From assembly GCF_004010195.1 (NCBI RefSeq), contig NC_057717.1, positions 73,664,399-73,728,398 of the forward strand: a DNA stretch of 64,000 nt, given 5' to 3'. Shown piece after piece: positions 22,894-30,629 of the stretch (position 1 is the stretch's first letter; each line of letters begins with the position of its first letter). Below the pieces are notes generated by a model that did not search any database, was not told the DNA's origin, and was given only the letters and a program-made list of their open reading frames with translations. This DNA comes from Chiloscyllium plagiosum (lineage: Eukaryota). The translations under genes and the position numbers were made by a program.

Positions 22894-25800
22894 GTTCGTC
22901 ATTCTTATTTCTATTTTGAGGGGTAAGATCAATGAGAAATCCAGTAAAGTATTAAGTGGCAGTATACTATAACTTTCTTCCTCTGTATCTTTCATTATTT
23001 TAGTATCTTGCATTCATTATTTATTCTTTTCCTTATTGTTTTCTCTCTTTCTTTTTCTTTTTCTTTCTTTCTTACATTCATTCTTTTTTTCTTTCTTTCT
23101 TTCTTTTCTCCTTCCTTCCTTTTATTCTTTCTTTCTTGCAGTCTTTCTATCTTCCTTTCCATCTTTCCTCCTTCTTTACTTCCTTCTTGTCTTCCTTCCT
23201 ATTGTTCTTTCTTTCTTCCTCTCTTTCTTCCTTCCTTTGTTCATTCTTTTCCTACTTTCATTCTTTCAGTTTTTCTTTCTTCTTTTCCTTCTTTCCTCAT
23301 TTCTTCCTTCCTTCATTTCTTTCTCCCTTTCCTTCTTTCTTTCTTCCTTTTTCCTTTATCACTTCCTTTTTTTCTCTCTTTCTTTCTTTCTTTTTCAGTC
23401 AAAGCAGACTTCTTCTAAAATGTCCGGTTTTTGTAGCTGTCATCCCTCAGACAGCGCCTCTGCAGAATCCACCACTTCAGAATGTCTCCGTTGGAAGCAC
23501 TGTTAGGATGAATTGCCACATCGGCTGGTATGCCGTGGGAGGTGTTCACTGGTATAAACAGAAAGTGCGAGAAAATCTTCAACTCGTTTACATCGTGAAG
23601 ACATACTCATATCCAGTTGGTAGATTTTCTGGAGAAGTTAATGACAATACGACTATTTATACGCTTGTAATTCACAATGTCCAGAGAAATGATTCTGGTA
23701 TGTATGTCTGTGCTGGTAGGAAATCACACCTTCACTCCTTCACATTCAGAAAGGAATTGAGATTGTTCATAGGAGGTAAGAACAAAGACAGATTTACAGA
23801 AATCACTGTCAATATACAGCAACTTTGGACAATAATTTAACATTATATCCCAATCTCATCATCAGGCTCTCCAACCGTAATTCTCTTATCGCCACCGCTG
23901 AATAAAATGTTTTCTATGGAAACTGTCCAATTGATATGTTTAGTGAGCAATGTCATCTCTGATACTCTTCCCATCGACTGGAATATTTCCACTAGGGATG
24001 CCGAGAGTTGGACAGATTCTGTGACAGTAGACTTTGCTGGTGCTAATAACATCAGAAGTCATATCAGAATCCCGGCAGAGGTTTGGAAAAAGAACATTGT
24101 TTGTGCTTGCTCGGTTCAATTCAACTCAACTACCATTCGTGTCAGTGAAAGTGTTTCATATCACAGAGGTAAATATTGACTATATCAGTTCACGCTTATG
24201 TTTAGTGCTAATATGGGACTTTATTGTGAGCAATATGTTCATTAACCTTCAAAGTTCATCCCATTCTTTGCATGAACGTTTGGACACTTACTTCTTCCAA
24301 AACACTCAATGTTGTGCTGTTTAACATTCTGTATGTTTATCGTTTGAAGCAGACTATTTCTGTATAGGGGTGGTATTATATTAGTGTAATGCATGTAGGA
24401 GTCTACATTTGTGCTGATTAAAGTGGGCAAGTAATCACCTAACTCTAATTTGCTAATTTCCCTCTTCATTCATTTGAACAGTTCTCCGTTTTTCATGCAG
24501 TCACATTTTGGAAAGGCATTATTCAACAAATTGGTGATTAAAATTCAAAGTTAAAAAAGAGTTTCTCTGAAGAATCTGCCTAAATATCTTGTTGATTAAA
24601 TAATCAACATATGCATCTGTTCTCACATGCCTTTCTCCCATGCAGGTTTAAGAATGCTCTTTGCAACATCTCCATTTCGTACATCAAACCCATGTCGGCT
24701 CATTATGCTTCAAGTTTGATTAAAACTATGTTCCCATCATTTCTCTGCTTTGTAATTCCGTGCTTGCGAAAACTTTTAGTGTTTCGGTTATTACTTTTTG
24801 ATCTAATGTTTCTTCTTTGTTTCTTTTTTGTGTACGTAGCAACAAATAACTCTTTTCGTCTATAAGTTGAAATACCGTTTCTTTCAAGATTGCTCGTAGT
24901 CTCCTTAATCGATTTTTGAATAAACTATCAATATTATGTCCAACGAATTATCATTCTCAATCGCAATGCAAGTGGTCAAAATGTATAAATTGTTACGTGT
25001 TAGTTAAGGACCAAAGTGACGACTTTTACACAGTATTTGTGAAACATAGTCACTTGAAGAGTGAAAAGTACAGAAGAGATGTAACGTGCATCGAATTCCA
25101 AAAAGATCGGGGTAACTTGTCTTTCAGTATGCTTCAAGTAACACAAAAAGTTGTATGAAGCAAGTAATATAAAATCCAGAATGCAAACACCCACTTTAAA
25201 TGATTAAATACTAAATGCTTCATTGATAGAAGTATTGAGATATACTATTAAATATTATATTGTTTACTCATGCTGTGGGGCAAGACTGACATCGTATAGA
25301 GTTCCCTTTTTTTTTTGTTAATTGGTCTTGGTGTGTCCCCATGAGCTGTCTGCAAGTGAAGTATGGTTAGTTTGTGGATAATTAATAGTATCTCTGCCTT
25401 GTTCAGGGGAACTTGAATTTCCTTGCCTTTTAATTTTTTATGGGAGCTCATCGGTACTGATCCTCCTTCTTCTGGCGTTTACTGTCTACGTGGGCTGGAA
25501 CTGCAGGAATTCTAACTCAGGTAGGAACTGCCCTTTGGTCTTGTGCATTCGTCTCTCTATCCCGGAATCGATGTATTGTAAATAAAGAGCTGACTTTTAT
25601 TTTACATCAGGAAACTGGAACACGGATAAGAAATCCACAGATTTTAGACTACATGATCCAAAGCCAGAGGTAAATGTATGAAATTTTTTTTCTTCACTCC
25701 CACTCTCAATATATTCTTTACTTTCGCTGGTTTTCTGCAAGACTTAAGTGAAGTGATTTTGGCCAGAAATATATACTGAGCATTTAATTGTGATCAATCC

Positions 25801-25935
25801 AACTTGGAACGGTTTACCATTGCTGGAGAAATGAATACAACTAAAAACTGTGAATCTGAATATTGTGTGTGTGTGTGTGTGTGTGTGTGNNNNNNNNNNN
25901 NNNNNNNNNNNNNNNNNNNNNNNNNNNNNNNNNNN

Positions 25936-25966
<31 letters not shown>

Positions 25967-26695
25967 CAGAATGCATCATTAATGCAATATTGACGGGATA
26001 AATATGCTCATTGTAAAAATATTTCATAAAAATTTGACGATTCCTCTTGGATGTAAGGAAGACAAAGATACGATTTCCTTTAGTTGATTAGTTGGTTCAA
26101 AGCATATCATTCAGTGAAAATCATGAATTTCAAAGAAAGTATAAGAAACTTGAGAACTTCATACCTCATTCTATGTTCGACAGGACAATGTTTGCAAGGA
26201 TAAATTGTTCTGTTACACAAACTATTCTTTTCATGTAATGCTCCCTTCATTTCTCTCTTCATGTCTCGTTCTGTGGTTCTACTAATTTCTCTGTCTCGTC
26301 TAATTTAATCATTAGATTATTTACTTCAGTTGTGGCTGACACCAGCAGACTGGCATTGTGCTGTTCTGGCCTTGTGAGAAGAGGACACAGGCACAAAATA
26401 AAGTCAAGCAATTTAGAAGTGACACATATAGGGGATCGATGTATGGAATCTTCTCTCCCACTTCTTTCTTCTTTGTTGATGCCAATGCTCAATTTGGGAA
26501 ATCATTATGGTCACAAGGAGTTAGAAAACGGTATCATCTAACTGAAGGAAGTGGGGTGGGATCAGCTAAAAGGTTTTATTTGTCATGCACTGTCAACGTG
26601 GGCTGGAACTGTGTCTTTTTGACTGTAATGGTTTCTAATTTCTTCTATAGACCCTCTACGCTGATTTGGCATATAATGAAGACCTGATACTTTGA
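22845..26695 (+). CDS. Six-exon IgSF type I membrane receptor, VJ-C1-TM-CYT with ITIM/ITSM-like motif, 302 aa; join(22845..22893,23437..23775,23866..24168,25407..25520,25611..25669,26651..26695)
   Basis: All introns are GT-AG with phases 1,1,1,1,0. Exon lengths 49+339+303+114+59+45=909 nt with no internal stop. Protein: MAMNIVPLCTLVNLLSAVIPQTAPLQNPPLQNVSVGSTVRMNCHIGWYAVGGVHWYKQKVRENLQLVYIVKTYSYPVGRFSGEVNDNTTIYTLVIHNVQRNDSGMYVCAGRKSHLHSFTFRKELRLFIGGSPTVILLSPPLNKMFSMETVQLICLVSNVISDTLPIDWNISTRDAESWTDSVTVDFAGANNIRSHIRIPAEVWKKNIVCACSVQFNSTTIRVSESVSYHRGELEFPCLLIFYGSSSVLILLLLAFTVYVGWNCRNSNSGNWNTDKKSTDFRLHDPKPETLYADLAYNEDLIL*. Confidence 0.85.
22970..23398 (+). repeat. Degenerate (TTTC/TTCC)n polypyrimidine tract in intron 1
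   Basis: About 430 nt of almost pure C/T; source of the spurious F/L/S-rich ORFs. Confidence 0.92.
23437..23775 (+). CDS. Exon 2: V-set Ig domain with fused J-like G strand
   Basis: Acceptor ttttgtag|CT and donor GGAG|gtaag. B-strand Cys (MNC), WYKQ, RFSG, YTLVI, DSGMYVC, then an 11-aa CDR3-like loop and FRKELRLFIG at the FGxGTxLxV position. Confidence 0.93.
23866..24168 (+). CDS. Exon 3: C1-set Ig constant domain
   Basis: Acceptor catcatcag|GC after a 90-nt intron, donor AGAG|gtaaat. Motifs PTVILLSPP, LICLVS, IDW, SHIRIPAEVW and CxV match the antigen-receptor C1 pattern. Confidence 0.92.
25407..25520 (+). CDS. Exon 4: short stalk and transmembrane segment
   Basis: Acceptor ctctgccttgttcag|GG, donor TCAG|gtagga. 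Encodes ELEFPCLLIFYGSSSVLILLLLAFTVYVGWNCRNSNS: about 24 hydrophobic/uncharged residues, phase 1 on both sides. Confidence 0.88.
25611..25669 (+). CDS. Exon 5: cytoplasmic exon 1
   Basis: Branch-like gctgac followed by ttttattttacatcag|GA after a 90-nt intron. Encodes GNWNTDKKSTDFRLHDPKPE; phase-0 donor GAG|gtaaat. Confidence 0.82.
25864..25965. repeat. (GT)n microsatellite spanning an assembly gap (N run 25890-25935)
   Basis: GT repeats on both sides of 46 Ns, inside intron 5 of the receptor gene. Confidence 0.97.
26651..26695 (+). CDS. Exon 6: terminal cytoplasmic exon with tyrosine motif TLYADL
   Basis: Acceptor ctaatttcttctatag|ACC in phase 0 gives TLYADLAYNEDLIL-TGA. Of the downstream acceptors I examined, this one best combines a strong tract with a clean ITIM/ITSM-like motif. 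Confidence 0.72.
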   Translation, partial: TLYADLAYNEDLIL

Positions 26696-28019
26696 TTGGA
26701 CCAGCATTCATGAATTTAAGGTTATGCCCCGCGTTTTTCTCATTGCAAGATCAGTAAGAAACGTTCTTCAGTCGGAATTGACGGAAATTTCCTCTGATTT
26801 GTGCTGTGCTGTATTTTAAGATCCATTCTTACAGAAGTGGAAATGTAATTCAAAATAGCATCGGGCACATGAACACTGAAGTGTGAAACTGTTACCCCAG
26901 ACGAAGATTTCATTATCACTGATCAACGTAATTTGTAATTGTCACTGATGAATTCCCACTTTGAAGTGGATTGCTCCAAACAGAAGTGATTCAACCGCTA
27001 CTGAGGACAGATTATTGATATTGCTATTCTTTCAAGTATGTGTATATTGCTGATAAGGCCTATATTCATAAAGAATCTTAATTGATCATTTAGAATGCAA
27101 TACCAAGTTTCCCATGTGTATACTGTTGATTTTGTAATTGCAGAATATCAAAGAGTTATTGAAGATTATGTTTAATATGTTGATTTAGTGGCATGTTTAT
27201 AAGTGATTTTGACCAGAGGCTTGGATTCAAAAATCTACTTTCATTTAATGTCATTTATTGTTTTCACCCGAGTACAGTGAAAAGTTTTATTTTGTGAGCC
27301 ATGCAGGCAGATCGTAACACATAAGGCATACAGATCATGGGTGTTTATAGCCTTAGAGTTGAGCTTTAAAAGTGCAGACGTTTTGTAAAAATGTGAGGAA
27401 CAGATCAGCTGTAGACAGCTCACAAAATGTCGCCCGATATCAAAGTCATCTCTTCGTCTCTTTGGAACCTGTTAGATTTATCCTGTGAATGCCAACTTGG
27501 GTTATGGATATTTTTTCTAAATGACTTTTGTGATCTCATCAATGCATAATAAAGTAACAGAACTATGCAAAATGACTGTAGAGTACCTCGTCCACTCTAT
27601 CCACTCAATTCCCCTTTTTGTTTGCCGGTTTAGTCTTATCATGTTATGTAGTTTATCTAGCTACTTAGCTTCTGGAGAGTGGCAGCATCGGTATAGGACT
27701 CGTTGAATTTGGCGGACAGCTAGATGAATGGCTGAGGGCTTTACTGGGACTCTGGAGGAGCTGCCCATGTCCAGTGTGCTGACCGAAGGCGATGTTAAGG
27801 ACTGGCATGGACAACATTTGGATCTGCGCTTTCATGGTCCAGGGTGTTGCAGTGGCAGTAATCTCAAGACCAAGACGAACGCATCGATAGAGCATTCCCC
27901 AACATCTACAACAATGACAAGAGCAGTAGAAATTGAGTCAGTGCGAGGCAAAGTTTGCCAAACTGGAGCAGTTTGAACTCTTTAGTCCCAGCATTGCCAA
28001 GCAGTTAAGAAGGACAATG

Positions 28020-28290
28020 ATAAAATCGTTTCTTTTTTTTTACAGTATATGACTGTAATGCTTTACTTTGAAATTTGTTCCTTATTTCTTGTATTTTGTT
28101 AAATTTGTCTTAAATTTTTGTTCCTATGTACTTTACCTAAGATGGTGCCATCTATGGAGATATTTAAAGCTTTTCACTGTATTCCTGTAATTTTGTACTT
28201 GAGTACATGTGACAATAAATTCTAAATCAAAATAATTCAAAATCAAAATAAAAAATTAAATCAAAAATCAAAATTCAATCAATAAAATAA
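28020..28290 (+). mobile_element. LINE-type 3' tail, family uncertain; inverted relative near 27243-27300
   Basis: ttttcactgta...gagtacatgtgacaataaa followed by an (AATCAA)n-like tail. Confidence 0.4.
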
Positions 28291-28299
28291 CAAAACTGT

Positions 28300-30625
28300 G
28301 CAGGTTTTCCATTTTATGACACTAAAGTAGGCGGTATCATGGACAGCAAGTAGGGTTCTAAGAAATTGCAGCAGCACCTTGATCAGCTGGGGAAATGAAC
28401 GGAGAAATGGCAAGTGGTGTTTAATACAGATAAGTGTGAGATCTTGCATTTTGGAAAGTCAAATCAAGACAGGAGTTTCATGGTGAATGGGAGGGCTTTA
28501 AGGACTCTCCTGAAGTAGAGGGAACTTGGTGTTCAGTGAAAGTTTCTCTGAAAGTGGAATCACAGGTAAACAAAAGAGTGAAGAAAGCTTTTGGCGCACT
28601 GCCCTTCATTAGCATAGAACATAGAACATAGAAGAATACAGCGCAGTACAGGCCCTTTGGCCCTCGATGTTGCGCCGATCCAAGACCACCTAACCTATAC
28701 TAACCCACTATCCTCCATAAACCTATCCAATGCCCGCTCAAATGCCCATAAAGAGGGAGAGTCCACCACTGCTACTGGCAGGGCATTCCATGAAATTACG
28801 ACTCGCTGAGTGAAGAACCTACCCCTAACTTCAGTCCTATATCTACCCCCCCTTAATTTAAAGCTATGCCCCCTTGAAATACCCGACTCCATACGCGGGA
28901 AAAGGTTCACACTGTCAACCCTATCTAACCCCCTAATCATCTTGTACACCTCAATCAAGTCACCCCTAAACCTTCCTTTCTCTAATGAAAACAGCCCCAA
29001 GTGTCTCAGTCTTTCCTCATACGATCTTCCTTCCATACCAGGCAACATCCTGGTAAACCTCCTCTGCACCCGTTCCAGTGCCTCCACATCCTTCCTATAG
29101 TATGGCGACCAAAACTGCACACAATATTCCAGATGCGGCCGCACCAGAGTTTTATACAACTGCATCATGACCTCAGGACTCCGGAACTCAATTCCTCTAC
29201 CGATAAAAGCCAGTACGCCATATGCCTTTCTCACCGCACTATTTACCTGGGTGGCAACTTTCAGAGATCTGTGTACATGGACACCAAGATCCCTCTGCTC
29301 ATCCACACTACCAAGTATCCGACCATTAGCCCCGTACCCCATCTTTTTGTTATTCTTCCCAAAGTGAGTCACCTCACACTTAGCTACATTGTATTCCATT
29401 TGCCACCTTTCTGCCCAGCTCTGCAGCTTCTCTATATCCTGCTGTCACCTGCCACATCCTTCCTCACTGTCAACAACTCCTCCGACTTTCGTATCATCCG
29501 CAAACTTGCTCACCCAACCTTCTAGCCCCTCTTCCAGGTCATTTATAAAAATGACAAACAGCAATGGTCCCAAAACAGATCCTTGCGGAACACCGCTAGT
29601 GACGGCACTCCATGAAGAAACTTTGCCATCAACTACTACCCTCTGTCTTCTTCCATCCAGCCAATTCCTAATCCAAACCTCCAACTCACCCTCAATGCCA
29701 TACCTCCGTATTTTTTGAAGTAGCTTACCATGGGGAACCTTATCAAACGCCTTACTAAAATCCCTATATACCACATCTACCGCTTTCCCCTCATCAACCT
29801 CCTTCGTCACCTTTTCAAAGAATTCAATAAGGTTTGTGAGGCACGACCTGCCCTTCACAAAACCATGCTGACTGTCCTTGATCACATTATTCCTATCCAG
29901 ATGTGCATAAATCCCATCCCTTACAATTCTCTCTAAGACTTTGCCCACAACAGAAGTGATTTTTTTTTTTTAACCACGGCTCCCTCGCACGACCCTTTCC
30001 TCCCTGCCTGACAGGTACATAGCCTGGGCATTGAGTATAGAAGTTAGGAATTTATGTTGCAATGGTACACATCGTTGGTGAGGCTGCACTTCGAGTATCA
30101 TGTTCAGTATTTGTCGCTATACGAAGGATGCTATTTAACTTGAAATATGGGAAAGAAATTTACGAGGACGTTGCTCAGATTCAACAGTCTGGGTTATAGG
30201 GAGAGCTTGGGCAAACTAACACTTTTTTTCTTTGCAACGTAGGAGACTGAGGAGGATCTAATACAAGTGCTTAAGATCAAGAGCCTCATTGATAGGGTGA
30301 ATGCACTCAGTCTTTTTCCCAGAGTTGGGGAAATGAGGAGTAAAGGACATCAGTTAAGTTTTCTAAGGGAAAGAATATTTCAGAAATGAAGAGACTTTTT
30401 TTTACACAGAGGGTGGTATGCATATGGAATGAGCTGCCAGTGAAAGTGTTTGAGGTGGGTACATAAACAATACTTAAGAGGAATTTTAGCAGATACATGA
30501 ATTGGAAAAGTTCAGAAGGCTATGGGCCAAGTGCATGGGAGTAGGGTTAACGTTGATGGACATCTTGGTCGGCATGGACCACTTTGGGTCAAAGGGCTTG
30601 TCTCCATGCTATAGGATTCTATAAG
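28300..30625 (+). mobile_element. Old CR1 3' half, split by a younger antisense CR1
   Basis: ...gcccttcattagc at 28613 resumes as ctgggcattgagtatagaag near 30024. Confidence 0.75.
28613..30021 (-). mobile_element. Young CR1 LINE (RT to 3' end), nearly intact
   Basis: ORFs 29445-29948 ([22 protein letters not shown]) and 28695-29399 are in one frame separated by a single stop; (ATAGAAC)n tail. Confidence 0.93.
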
Positions 30626-30629
30626 TTTC

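Noticed and set aside
23008-23506. Long hydrophobic F/L/S-rich ORFs, including the N-terminal part of ORF 23136-23840
   Set aside because: Translations of the (TTTC)n tract. Only the part from 23437 in the V frame is coding.
23437-24168. Calling the gene a conventional Ig light chain, TCR chain or IgNAR
   Set aside because: It has a TM and Tyr-motif tail (not IgL), no basic TM residues and no RSS (not TCR), and only one C domain (not IgNAR or IgH). No gene symbol assigned.
25742-27175. Alternative last exons (acceptors giving T*, LWLTPADW..., or IHSY...NTEV*)
   Set aside because: Weaker or AAG-type acceptors and/or no ITIM-like motif compared with 26651; not excluded without RNA data.
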